From contig QFBQ01000004.1 of NCBI GenBank assembly GCA_003265885.1, positions 473 to 64,472 on the forward strand: a DNA stretch of 64,000 nt, read 5' to 3'. The notes under the pieces are model-generated. The model had not been told where the DNA came from and made no database searches. It worked only from the letters and a program-made list of their open reading frames with translations. Of this stretch, positions 20,001-30,153 are shown piece after piece (within the stretch, counting starts at the first letter, position 1; each line of letters starts with the position of its first letter). The position numbers were made by a program, and so were the translations under genes. This DNA is from Candidatus Marinamargulisbacteria bacterium SCGC AG-343-D04. Its GTDB lineage: Bacteria > Margulisbacteria > Marinamargulisbacteria > GCA-2716485 > GCA-002719695.

Positions 20001-20996
20001 ATGATAGATATAACCTTAACTGGAATCAAACCCACGGGGCTGCCTCATATAGGCAACTATTTTGGTGCTATCAAACCTGCACTAGAACAAAATTCTTCCC
20101 ATCAAAAACTATTTTTCATTGCAGATTACCACGCACTAACTACCATTAAAGATAAAGACGAATTAAAAAAATTAACACATCATATCACTGCTGCATGGCT
20201 ATCTTTAGGATTAGATCCCACACAATGTATCATCTACAAACAATCTGACATCCCAGAAATTTTTGAACTCAACTGGATACTTTCATGCTTCACAGCAAAA
20301 GGTCTTCTCAATAGAGCTCATGCTTATAAAGCGTTTACAGATGACAACTCAAAAAACAACAAGGACCCCGATAAAAATATTAACCACGGCCTTTTCGCCT
20401 ACCCCGTTTTAATGGCTGCCGATATCCTTCTATTTAACGCATCCAATATTCCAGTTGGCGCAGATCAAAAACAACACGTTGAAATAGCTCGAGATATAGC
20501 CGAAACATTTAACCATACCTACAAAACATCCCTCCTCACGCTTCCAGAACCCAACATTCAAAAACAAAACAATATTATCCCCGGAATAGACGGACAAAAA
20601 ATGAGCAAAAACTACAACAACACCATCCCTATTTTTGATGATGAAAAAAAATTAAGAAAACGCATCATGCAAATCAAAACAGATTCGTTGCCCGTTGAAG
20701 CCCCTAAAAACCCTGAATCATGTAATCTGTATGCCCTATGCAAACTTTTCTTCAATGAAAACGAACTACACACTATACAGCAACACTATATCAACGGAGG
20801 CTTAGGATACGGAACTCTAAAACAACAACTTTTTGAAAAAATGCTCGACACCTTTAAAGATGCTAGAAAAACATTTGATGACTTAATCAACACCCCAGAA
20901 AAGCTTCACTCCATTCTGGAAGATGGCGCTCAAAAAGCACAAAAAATAGCCTCTCAGAACTTGAAAAAAATCAAAGAAACTATCGGTGTATTATAA
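20001..20996 (+). CDS. trpS: Tryptophan--tRNA ligase
   Basis: TGIKPTG..HIGN, ADYHALT, YPVLMAADIL, VPVG-type DQKQH, KMSK. Confidence 0.97.
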   Translation: MIDITLTGIKPTGLPHIGNYFGAIKPALEQNSSHQKLFFIADYHALTTIKDKDELKKLTHHITAAWLSLGLDPTQCIIYKQSDIPEIFELNWILSCFTAKGLLNRAHAYKAFTDDNSKNNKDPDKNINHGLFAYPVLMAADILLFNASNIPVGADQKQHVEIARDIAETFNHTYKTSLLTLPEPNIQKQNNIIPGIDGQKMSKNYNNTIPIFDDEKKLRKRIMQIKTDSLPVEAPKNPESCNLYALCKLFFNENELHTIQQHYINGGLGYGTLKQQLFEKMLDTFKDARKTFDDLINTPEKLHSILEDGAQKAQKIASQNLKKIKETIGVL

Positions 20997-21005
20997 AAAA
21001 TACTA

Positions 21006-21243
21006 ATGACTTATATTTCGCTCCTTCGTGGAATAAATGTGAGTGGTCAAAAAAAAATCAACATGAATGACCTAAAAAATTTATATGAATCTCTTGGTTT
21101 TCAAAACGTAAAAACCTATATTCAAAGTGGACATGTAATGTTTTCTACCCCCTCAAAAAATAAATCTAATTTAAAATTACTATAGAAAAAGCCATTCAAA
21201 AAATATATAACGGACGGCATTGCAAAAGAAACCGACAAACTTA
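21006..21243 (+). pseudogene. DUF1697 family 5' fragment, frameshifted and truncated
   Basis: MTYISLLRGINVSGQKKINMNDLKNLYESLGFQNVKTYIQSGHVMF is the DUF1697 N-terminus as I recall it. TAG at 21183-21185; similarity continues briefly in another frame (ITIEKAIQK). Confidence 0.8.
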
Positions 21244-21561
21244 AAGGGTTAATTAAGTTTCCTGCAGATAAAATCGTTCCCGCTCTTCTTAAAAAAGAAA
21301 TAATAGATACAATAAACAATCTAAAATTTCTTTATAATTCGAAAAGCAACACTACAGGTATATCAAAATAAAAACTGTACAGATCCTACAGAAATCACAA
21401 GAAATTTATTAGAGAACGCTGGCATTGCTCAAGAAAATCAATCCCATGCTAAAACCCTAAAGTTTGAAGAATTTTTGCGCAATCTTCAAGCATCAGCAGC
21501 AAGCAACCTTAGCCCAAGTGAAGCCATAGAACATCTTGAGCAAAAACTGAAACCTAATTAA
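21186..21561 (+). pseudogene. Start-less reading-frame remnants of an unknown gene
   Basis: Two consecutive open frames without ATG (…ITDGIAKETDKLKG…SK* and …TDPTEITRNLLENAG…KLKPN*, stop 21559-21561). Confidence 0.45.
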
Positions 21562-21570
21562 CTGGAATAA

Positions 21571-22350
21571 TTAAAAACGAATCTTCGGAATCGCATCAAT
21601 AAGAATCTTTGTATATGCTTCTTTCGGACTCCCAAAAATATCTTTGGGAGTCCCCATTTCTACAATCTCCCCCAAATACATCACGGCAACCTCATCACAA
21701 CGCTCTGCAACCACCCCTAAGTCATGAGAAATTAATATCATCGACATCTGATATTCTTCTTTCAAACTATCCATTAATTCCAAAATTTCTTTTTGTGTCG
21801 TCACATCCAACGACGCCGTAGGTTCGTCTGCTATTAACAAGTCAGGCTTCATCGACAAAGTCATCGCTATCATAATACGCTGACACATCCCCAATGAAAA
21901 TTGGTGAGGATAATCATGAATACGTTTTCTAGGATTCTCTATCTTCACCTTATCTAACAACTCAATAGCCTCTTCTAAAGCCTCTTCTTTTGTAGCGTCG
22001 CTATGCAAACAAATCGTCTCCACCATTTGATTTGCAACCGTAAACACGGGATTCAATGCAGATAAAGGATTTTGAAAAATATACCCAATTTGAGCACCTC
22101 TAACCAACCGCATAGCAGCTTCCGTCTCTTTTATTAAATCCGTCCCTTTCCAAAAAACCTCACCTGAAACTCGAGCAGTTGAAGGCAATAACTTCAAAAT
22201 GGACAAAGACGACACGCTCTTTCCTGAACCAGACTCCCCAACTATCCCCAAGGTCTGCCCTTCACTAAGTTCATAGGAAATCCCTTTCACCGCATGAACA
22301 CGCGACTGATCACTATGAAACTCAACATCTAAATTACGTATGGATAACAT
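21571..22350 (-). CDS. Peptide ABC transporter ATP-binding protein (OppD/DppD)
   Basis: GESGSGKS, YPHQFSLGMCQR, LLIADEPT, SHDLG. Confidence 0.95.
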   Translation of the reverse strand: MLSIRNLDVEFHSDQSRVHAVKGISYELSEGQTLGIVGESGSGKSVSSLSILKLLPSTARVSGEVFWKGTDLIKETEAAMRLVRGAQIGYIFQNPLSALNPVFTVANQMVETICLHSDATKEEALEEAIELLDKVKIENPRKRIHDYPHQFSLGMCQRIMIAMTLSMKPDLLIADEPTASLDVTTQKEILELMDSLKEEYQMSMILISHDLGVVAERCDEVAVMYLGEIVEMGTPKDIFGSPKEAYTKILIDAIPKIRF

Positions 22351-23158
22351 CTCTTTCCCTCGCTTTCGGATCCAATAATAACCATAATCCGTCTCCTAAA
22401 AAATTTAACGATAACACTGTTAACGTAATTAAAACACCCGGAATCAATGCCATCCAAGGCGCATCTCTTAAATACCCCAAACTGTTTTCTAACATATTCC
22501 CCCAGGACGCATGAGGAGGCTGAACCCCCAACCCTAAAAAACTCAATACAGACTCTATCAAAATAGCACCACCCATCCCCAACATAGCCGCAACAATAAT
22601 GGGGTTCAAGGTATGTGGCACAATATGCTTAAATAAAATCTTTCGTTCAACAATCCCCCGAGCCCTACACGCCGTCACAAACACCCTTTCCTTCATACTC
22701 AACACTTCCGCCCTCACCAATCTCGCTACCCCCATCCACGATGTCACCCCAATCACCACCATAACATTAAAAATACTGGGTTCCAACATCACCTGTATAA
22801 TCAAAATTAAAAATAATGTTGGCAACGCCATCAAGGTATCCAACACCCTCATAACAAGAAAATCAACACGCCCTCCAATAAACCCAGATAATACCCCCAC
22901 GATAACCCCAATACAAATTGAAATCCCCACAGAAACAAAGCCCACCATCAATGAAATACGTGATCCATAAATACTTCTCAATAAAATATCTCGCCCTAAC
23001 TCATCTGTTCCAAACCAATGAGCAAAACTTGGCGCTTGAGGCCTACCTATCAACGACTCATCAATTTGGGTCGGATCAAAATTAAAAAAAGGTACAAGCA
23101 AGGCCAAGACTGTAAGTCCTCCTAGATAAATAAAGGAAAACCACACTTTCCCTGTCAT
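22334..23158 (-). CDS. Peptide ABC transporter permease (OppC/DppC)
   Basis: HWFGTDELGRD, RISLMVG, EAA-like loop, LSFLGLG. Confidence 0.95.
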   Translation of the reverse strand: MTGKVWFSFIYLGGLTVLALLVPFFNFDPTQIDESLIGRPQAPSFAHWFGTDELGRDILLRSIYGSRISLMVGFVSVGISICIGVIVGVLSGFIGGRVDFLVMRVLDTLMALPTLFLILIIQVMLEPSIFNVMVVIGVTSWMGVARLVRAEVLSMKERVFVTACRARGIVERKILFKHIVPHTLNPIIVAAMLGMGGAILIESVLSFLGLGVQPPHASWGNMLENSLGYLRDAPWMALIPGVLITLTVLSLNFLGDGLWLLLDPKARERDVIHT

Positions 23159-23159
23159 C

Positions 23160-24137
23160 TTAAACTCTTTCCTTACCACGAGAAATTCGAGGATCTACAT
23201 AAGCATAACAAATATCCGCAATCATGTTCCCAATTATAATCAAAAAAGACGAAAACAAAATAGTCGCCATTAAAATAGGATAATCTCGCTGAAACACTGC
23301 CTGAACACCCAACTGTCCCATTCCCGGCCACGAAAAAATATACTCAATAATATACGATCCCCCAATCAATGACGGCAAATCCAAACCTAATATTGTAATA
23401 ATAGGCAACATAATATTTTTTAATGCATGCTTAAATAACAAACGAAACTCTGATATTCCTCTAGCCCTAGCCGCGACAATATAGTCTTGAGCCAAAATTT
23501 TGATCACTCCAAAACGATTATATCGAGTTAAGCCCGCAATCCCTCCAACAACAATCGTCAATAATGGCAAAAACATATGATATCCAATATTCATTGCTTT
23601 TTGAAATATCGACGCATCATAAAGTAATGGGTCCATAAACCCCGACGTGGGAAACAAATCTAATGTTAACGAAAACAACAAAATAAACATCAATCCCAAC
23701 CAAAATGATGGGATCGATAAACCCAAAAAACTAAACACCGTAATCGAGTCATCCACAAGTGTATCTTTTTTATACCCACAAATTAGCCCTAAAGGAAAGG
23801 TAATTAACAATATGACTACAAGAGAAGATATAGACAATAACAAAGTTGCAGGAAGCCTCTCCACAATAGCCTGAAAAACAGGCTTACCCGTCACATAAGA
23901 ATACCCTAAATTTCCTAAACACAACTCTTTTAACCACAAAACATACTGTTTATACACAGGAAGATCAAAACCCAAATTCTCTCGGATCTGCTGCATATCC
24001 TCCAAAGAAACACTTGGATCCATATACATAGAAACAGGATCTCCAGGAGCCGCTTTCATAATAAAAAATGAAATCAAGGTCACCCCTAACAACATAGGAA
24101 CAACAACAAGAAATCGTTTATATAAAACGTGTAACAT
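23160..24137 (-). CDS. Peptide ABC transporter permease (OppB/DppB)
   Basis: APGDP, GNLGYSY, ERLPATL, PSFWLG, AARARG, RDYP, YAYVDPRI. Confidence 0.95.
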   Translation of the reverse strand: MLHVLYKRFLVVVPMLLGVTLISFFIMKAAPGDPVSMYMDPSVSLEDMQQIRENLGFDLPVYKQYVLWLKELCLGNLGYSYVTGKPVFQAIVERLPATLLLSISSLVVILLITFPLGLICGYKKDTLVDDSITVFSFLGLSIPSFWLGLMFILLFSLTLDLFPTSGFMDPLLYDASIFQKAMNIGYHMFLPLLTIVVGGIAGLTRYNRFGVIKILAQDYIVAARARGISEFRLLFKHALKNIMLPIITILGLDLPSLIGGSYIIEYIFSWPGMGQLGVQAVFQRDYPILMATILFSSFLIIIGNMIADICYAYVDPRISRGKERV

Positions 24138-25711
24138 TACTCTTCAATATAAATATTTTCGATAGGATTAAACAAACCCGTAGGCCCCGCTTCAGACAAG
24201 CCTTTAACCCGATGATTAATGCCTACCAAAGACTCCGGGTAATAAAGAAAAACATAAGGAACATCCTTCGCTATCTCATCATAAATGGTCTGATAAATGC
24301 CTTGTCGTTTATCCCTATCCATAGTCACTCTCCCCAACTCCAAAAATCGATCAACCGTCTCATTTTGATACCCTATAAAATTAAAGCCCTTAGGGTACTG
24401 CGACGAATGCCAAATACTATATCCATCAGGGTCTAAACCTAATGACCAACCCAATATTACAGCATCATAATCTTTAGGATCTTGATCAGAATTCACAATG
24501 GCTATAAACGAACTCCACTCCATCAATTGTAAGGAAACATCTATTCCAATATCTTTTAAATTTCCCTGAATAATCTCCGCTGCTTTTTCTCGATCTTTGT
24601 TTCCTTTGTTAGTAATAATTTTAAACTGAAAAGGATCCCCATTTTTCTCAAAAATTCCTGTCCGTGAATTCATCACAAAACCAGCTTCTTTCAACAGAGA
24701 CTTAGCCCCCTCTGGGTCAAAATCATAGGAAAAAGAACGTTTAGGGTAGGTCCACATTTCCGGAGATGTAGGTAAATGAGCTGGAGTTCCATACCCTCTT
24801 AATATACCATCCACAATACTTTTCTTATTTATTGCCATAGCTATAGCCTGCCTAATATCAGGCATTGAAAACAAAGGATTTTTTAAATTAAACCCTAAGT
24901 ACGTATACGCCAAATCATAATATTGAAACGTTTGAAAAAGAGAACTTTCCGAAATTCGTGGAAACTCTTTTCCAGGAATACCACTTGAATAAATCTCCTC
25001 CTTTTCAAACGAAACCAATGCCGTGTTGTTATCTGGAATAATTTTTAACAAAACAGTTTCAATAGTAGGCTTCTTATCAAAAAAATCTAAATTTTGAGTT
25101 AACAATACAAACTGAGATGTTTCCCATCTTTGAAATACGAAAGGTCCAGTTCCTATTGGCTTTCTGTTAAACTCAGAAATATTTATATCTTCTGAATTGA
25201 AAATATGCTTAGGAATAATCCCCATAGTTAACCTATTGAGCAATGGAGCAAAAGGAGATGGCAATGTAATACGAATCTCATAATCACCTACTGCTTCAAA
25301 ACCAATAGGTTCTCCATTTATAATATAATCACTTCGTCTAACAGTATTCGTATTAGAATCCAAAATCTTATCAAATGTAAAGACAACATCTGAAGCTGTA
25401 AAAGGAACACCATCATGCCATTTTACATTCTTTTTCAAATAAAATACTAAACGCCTTCCATCTTCAGATACCGTATATTTTTCGGCCAAGTCTGGAACAA
25501 GCTCCATCTTTTCATTCACTTTCAATAAGCCATTAAAAATATAGCCGTTTACAGATGAAGATGGGGCATCAGTAGATAAAATAGGGTTTAACATACTAGG
25601 TTCTGCCCCTAAACGCATCACCAATGTTTGCTTATCCGTAGATTGTGTACAAGACAAAAGAATCCCTAAGCATATACACCAAAACACTACACATATCTTT
25701 TGCCTAACCAT
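24137..25711 (-). CDS. Peptide ABC transporter substrate-binding lipoprotein (OppA/AppA-like)
   Basis: Lipobox LLSC, LNPILS, PDLAE, WHDGVPFTA.DV.FTF, PIGTGPF; ATG 25711 has a GGAG RBS. Confidence 0.94.
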   Translation of the reverse strand: MVRQKICVVFWCICLGILLSCTQSTDKQTLVMRLGAEPSMLNPILSTDAPSSSVNGYIFNGLLKVNEKMELVPDLAEKYTVSEDGRRLVFYLKKNVKWHDGVPFTASDVVFTFDKILDSNTNTVRRSDYIINGEPIGFEAVGDYEIRITLPSPFAPLLNRLTMGIIPKHIFNSEDINISEFNRKPIGTGPFVFQRWETSQFVLLTQNLDFFDKKPTIETVLLKIIPDNNTALVSFEKEEIYSSGIPGKEFPRISESSLFQTFQYYDLAYTYLGFNLKNPLFSMPDIRQAIAMAINKKSIVDGILRGYGTPAHLPTSPEMWTYPKRSFSYDFDPEGAKSLLKEAGFVMNSRTGIFEKNGDPFQFKIITNKGNKDREKAAEIIQGNLKDIGIDVSLQLMEWSSFIAIVNSDQDPKDYDAVILGWSLGLDPDGYSIWHSSQYPKGFNFIGYQNETVDRFLELGRVTMDRDKRQGIYQTIYDEIAKDVPYVFLYYPESLVGINHRVKGLSEAGPTGLFNPIENIYIEE

Positions 25712-25892
25712 AGATATCTCCAAAAAAAGATTAATACTTTAATTGTCAATCATGAAAGCAAAAAATTCAAATGAAAAATATCGCAACATTAAATTCAAAT
25801 ACTATCAATGGTATAATAAAAACGATGATTTTTTTCTATGCTATTAATAAAATGTATGTCAATTTCAAACAAGAAACAAAGCTCACATTATT

Positions 25893-26639
25893 ATGACAAA
25901 AAAAATAAACGATTTTAAACATATTCGTCAAAACTTTACCCCACACTCAGAAAAAGATATAAAAAGTATTGCTCAATTTAACTTTTCAAAAGAAGAATGG
26001 GTATCACGTTTTCACGATATATTAATAAAACACAATATTCCACTTGTACTTTTATACGGGACTTGTTTAGGAATAGTACGAGATAAAAAAATTATTGATA
26101 ATGATACCGATGCCGATTTTGGAATATTTCTTGAAGATCTATCTAAGCTGTTTTCATGCATACCCGAGCTTCTCGACAATGGCTACTTTATTTCTGGAAG
26201 AGGTTTATTCCAGATCTCATTTAGCCTACCCAACATAAATTTTTATATCGACATCTGGCCAATTAAAAAAGTCACAAATCCATTCTTAAGACTATTTAAA
26301 ATGAAGTGGTTGTGTGACCATGTCTATTTTAAACAAGACTTCTTCAACACCCCCGAATCTATACAATTTTTAGAGAGAAACTACTTAACCCCTCATCCTA
26401 AAGAACTTTACCTTGAAACAGTCTACGGTCTCGACTGGAGAACTCCCATTAAAAATCGTTTTTCTGGTCCAAGAGGCGCTCTATCTCAATATATCAATAA
26501 GTGTTTTGTAGATTTTCCAATACCCTCTCAATTCTCCGGAGACAATTCTCTCGGAACGTTTAAACCATGGGTATCCTATATTTTAAAAAAATTCTTTCCA
26601 AAATCACGTATATCCTCCATGTTCAATCACCCAAAATAA
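25893..26639 (+). CDS. LicD-family nucleotidyltransferase-fold phospho(no)transferase, copy 1
   Basis: YGTCLGIVRD...NDTDADFG (LicD GTxLGxxR...DxD), YLETVYGLDWRTP. Confidence 0.85.
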   Translation: MTKKINDFKHIRQNFTPHSEKDIKSIAQFNFSKEEWVSRFHDILIKHNIPLVLLYGTCLGIVRDKKIIDNDTDADFGIFLEDLSKLFSCIPELLDNGYFISGRGLFQISFSLPNINFYIDIWPIKKVTNPFLRLFKMKWLCDHVYFKQDFFNTPESIQFLERNYLTPHPKELYLETVYGLDWRTPIKNRFSGPRGALSQYINKCFVDFPIPSQFSGDNSLGTFKPWVSYILKKFFPKSRISSMFNHPK

Positions 26640-26658
26640 AATACTACATGTCGCATCT

Positions 26659-27426
26659 ATGACTAAAAACATCAAAAAAAATCCAAAAGAAATCAAGTCC
26701 TTTTCCGAAATGGAAAAAATATTTAGAACTAACATCCAAGAAGAAACAACACAAAATATCACTCTTAAAAATGAAGACTGGCTAATAAAATTCAATCAAA
26801 TACTGTCTAAGAACAATATAAAAACGATACTTTTATTTGGATCTTGTTTAGGAGTTATTCGCCAAAATTCGCTCATTGACTACGATCACGACGCAGATAT
26901 TGGCATTTTTTTTGAAGACCTTTTATCTTTTCATAACTGCTTACCTGAGTTAGAAAAAGAGGGATTTTATATATCTAAAACCAAAAAATTCAAAATTCAT
27001 ATTAACATGCCAAACACCGACTTCTGTATAGATCTTATGCCTGTCAAAAAAATTCAAAATATTTTCTTTAAACTATTTGGATATAAATGGTTTTGTGACA
27101 TGATATATTTTAAAGATAATTTTTTTGAATCCCCAAAAAAAATAAACTTTAAGTCCCAAGTTTTTTTTACTCCCAACCCTACAGAACTATATTTAGAAAA
27201 AACTTATGGTAAAAATTGGCGAACTCCAATAAAAAATAGAAATGCTCACTTACGTCCAGTATTATCACAAATCATAATTAAATATTTTGTAGACTTTCCT
27301 GTCCCTCTTGAGTTTTCTGGAGATAACTCTCTTGGCACATTTAAACCTTGGATATCAAAACTCTTAATAAAAACCTGTCCTAATGCTAAAATCACTTCAT
27401 CATATAAACACCCTAAATCACAATGA
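26659..27426 (+). CDS. LicD-family protein, copy 2 (paralog of copy 1)
   Basis: [10 protein letters not shown]...[21 protein letters not shown]; shares [13 protein letters not shown] with copy 1. Confidence 0.85.
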   Translation: MTKNIKKNPKEIKSFSEMEKIFRTNIQEETTQNITLKNEDWLIKFNQILSKNNIKTILLFGSCLGVIRQNSLIDYDHDADIGIFFEDLLSFHNCLPELEKEGFYISKTKKFKIHINMPNTDFCIDLMPVKKIQNIFFKLFGYKWFCDMIYFKDNFFESPKKINFKSQVFFTPNPTELYLEKTYGKNWRTPIKNRNAHLRPVLSQIIIKYFVDFPVPLEFSGDNSLGTFKPWISKLLIKTCPNAKITSSYKHPKSQ

Positions 27427-29021
27427 AAAAAACAAGTCACCTTAAACAACTCATTCAAAGCAAACAGCTAGAGTTCCTTATGGAAGCCCATAATGGCATG
27501 AGTTCAATCATTGCCCAAGAAGCCGGATTTAAAGGAATTTGGGGAAGCGGATTATCTATATCCGCAAGTCTTGGAGTCAGAGACAACAATGAAGCCTCCT
27601 GGACTCAAGTCATCGATGTTCTAGAGTTTATGAGCGATGCAACTGACATTCCCATTCTATTAGATGGTGATACAGGTTATGGAAACTTTAATAATGTAAG
27701 GCGTCTAATTAAAAAACTAGAACAACGTGACATTGCTGGAGTTTGCATCGAAGATAAACTCTTTCCAAAAACAAACTCATTTATTAACGGAGAATCTCAA
27801 GATTTAGCTGACATTGACGAATTTTGTGGAAAAATAAAAGCAGCTAAAGACACTCAAAAAGATCCAGATTTTTGTGTTGTTGCTAGAGTTGAGGCCTTTA
27901 TTGCTGGTTTAGGACTTGAAGAAGCTCTAAAACGAGCGGAAGCTTATGAAAATGCAGGTGCAGACGCCCTTCTCATTCACAGCAAAAAATCAACTGCTGA
28001 AGATATTGTCGACTTTATGAAACATTGGAAAAAAAACACCCCTATCATTATTGTCCCAACTAAATATTACTCAACTCCTACCGAACTTTTCAATAAAATT
28101 GGCATATCTACTATAATTTGGGCAAATCACTCTATCAGATCTTCTGTTCAGGCCATTAAAGAAACTGTCAACACCATTCATAAAGAACAGCACTTAAAGA
28201 ATATAGAAAGCAATATTGTATCCGTTTCAGAAATTTTTAGATTACAAGGTTCCGATGAACTTGCTCAAGCTGAAAAACAGTATCTTCCCGGGTACGAGCT
28301 ATCTCTATCTAGCATCATATTAGCTGCTGGAGCATCAAAGATAGACAGCCTAACTGAAAACATCCCAAAATGCCTGATAGATATCAATAACAAAACTATA
28401 CTAGATCATCAAATTGATGCTTTTAAAAAGTTTAATATCTCCGATATTACAATTGTAAGAGGCGATAAAAAAGAAGCTTTTCTTGAAAACCAATATACAA
28501 ATATCGACAATAACTCGTTTCATGAAACTCACGAAGTATATTCTCTATATTTAGCTAAAGAAAAACTAAAAAATGAATGCTTTATTAGCTATGGAGACAT
28601 TGTTTTTAAAGACTACTTTATACACGAATGTTTAAATAACAAATCTGATATCTCCATTATTGTAGATTCATCATGCAAAAAAGATGCCTCAAATAAAGAT
28701 TACATAAGCGCAACAAAAGAATATGACCCCATTAACTTTAATCAAGACACCTACCTAACAAAAATGAATAGAAAAATCGACGCCAACTCAATTCATGGAG
28801 AATTTATCGGATTAATCAAAACATCTAAAAAAGGAAGCAATATCCTATTAGAAGCCCTAAGCTCCTTACCTGAAGAAGAACTAAAAACAATGCATATGCA
28901 AGACCTACTTAACCACTTAATTGAAAAAGGTCATCAAATCTCTATCATATATATTCAAGGAAATTGGGCCGACGTAAATACCATTGCAGATCTTCATCTA
29001 GCCACTAACTTATATGCTTAA
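27423..29021 (+). CDS. pepM: Phosphoenolpyruvate mutase fused to a C-terminal NTP-transferase (cytidylyltransferase-like) domain
   Basis: PepM-diagnostic [10 protein letters not shown] (EDKx5NS), [14 protein letters not shown]; C-terminal IILAAG...PKCL. Confidence 0.96.
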   Translation: MKKTSHLKQLIQSKQLEFLMEAHNGMSSIIAQEAGFKGIWGSGLSISASLGVRDNNEASWTQVIDVLEFMSDATDIPILLDGDTGYGNFNNVRRLIKKLEQRDIAGVCIEDKLFPKTNSFINGESQDLADIDEFCGKIKAAKDTQKDPDFCVVARVEAFIAGLGLEEALKRAEAYENAGADALLIHSKKSTAEDIVDFMKHWKKNTPIIIVPTKYYSTPTELFNKIGISTIIWANHSIRSSVQAIKETVNTIHKEQHLKNIESNIVSVSEIFRLQGSDELAQAEKQYLPGYELSLSSIILAAGASKIDSLTENIPKCLIDINNKTILDHQIDAFKKFNISDITIVRGDKKEAFLENQYTNIDNNSFHETHEVYSLYLAKEKLKNECFISYGDIVFKDYFIHECLNNKSDISIIVDSSCKKDASNKDYISATKEYDPINFNQDTYLTKMNRKIDANSIHGEFIGLIKTSKKGSNILLEALSSLPEEELKTMHMQDLLNHLIEKGHQISIIYIQGNWADVNTIADLHLATNLYA

Positions 29022-30153
29022 AACCACCGAAATTGGAGAGGCATTATCTTCATACGGATTCAATTTTTATTCGGGTGTTCCTTGCTCATTTTTAAAAGAT
29101 CTTATCAATTATGCCATCAACCATTGTAACTATATATCTGCAACAAACGAAGGAGATGCCGTCGCTACCTGCGCAGGAGCCGCTTTAAATGGAGAAAAAA
29201 CAGTGATGCTCATGCAAAATTCCGGCCTAGGAAACACTGTTTCACCACTCACATCTCTCATTTATACCTTCAAGCTACCGATACTCATGTTTTGCAGTCT
29301 CCGAGGTGAAAAAGGAATTCAAGATGAACCTCAGCATGAACTAATGGGAGAAATCACCTCGTCCTTACTTAAAACTATGAATATTAACTATGCTGTACTC
29401 AATCCAAATATCAATACAGCTCTAAAACAATTAGATCAAGCCAATTTCTACATAGAAAAAGGCCTTCCCTTTTGTTTTATAGTCAAAAAAAACAGCTTTG
29501 AACCTCATAAACTAGAACGCTCTCAACTCCCGACCAAACATAAAGAAACAGACTATAACAACATCAACACCACTCCATTAGGCTCTCGAACAGACGCCCT
29601 CAACATCATTAAAAAAAGTCAACCCAAACATGCTGTATTACTCGCAACTACCGGAAAAACAGGACGTGAGTTATTCGAGCTAGGACATGAACCTAACCAT
29701 TTTTATCAAGTAGGGTCTATGGGCTGCATTAGTGCTATAGGCCTAGGTTTAGCTTCATCACATAAAAGGTTACCCACCATCGTGATAGATGGAGACGGCG
29801 CAGCCTTAATGAGACTTGGAAGTTGGGCTACCAACGGCTACTACAGCCCTAATAACCTATGCCACATTCTTCTAGATAATGAAGTCCACGATTCTACAGG
29901 AGGACAAGATACAGCCTCTAAAGCCGTAAACTTCGTTCGTTTAGCGAGCTCTATGAACTACCCAAAAGCATTTTCTGTCACATCATTTGATGACTTAAAA
30001 CGTCGCTTAGAAGAATGGACAAACTCCCCTCAACTCACACTTATTCATGTTAAAATAAATCCAGGAAGTCCTAAAAAACTAGGAAGACCCACTCTTACAC
30101 CTATCGAAGTCGGTAATCAACTGAAGCAGTATATAAAGGACACTCATGATTAA
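29014..30153 (+). CDS. aepY: Phosphonopyruvate decarboxylase
   Basis: [40 protein letters not shown], ThDP motif DGDGAALM...[10 protein letters not shown]. Confidence 0.95.
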   Translation: MLKTTEIGEALSSYGFNFYSGVPCSFLKDLINYAINHCNYISATNEGDAVATCAGAALNGEKTVMLMQNSGLGNTVSPLTSLIYTFKLPILMFCSLRGEKGIQDEPQHELMGEITSSLLKTMNINYAVLNPNINTALKQLDQANFYIEKGLPFCFIVKKNSFEPHKLERSQLPTKHKETDYNNINTTPLGSRTDALNIIKKSQPKHAVLLATTGKTGRELFELGHEPNHFYQVGSMGCISAIGLGLASSHKRLPTIVIDGDGAALMRLGSWATNGYYSPNNLCHILLDNEVHDSTGGQDTASKAVNFVRLASSMNYPKAFSVTSFDDLKRRLEEWTNSPQLTLIHVKINPGSPKKLGRPTLTPIEVGNQLKQYIKDTHD

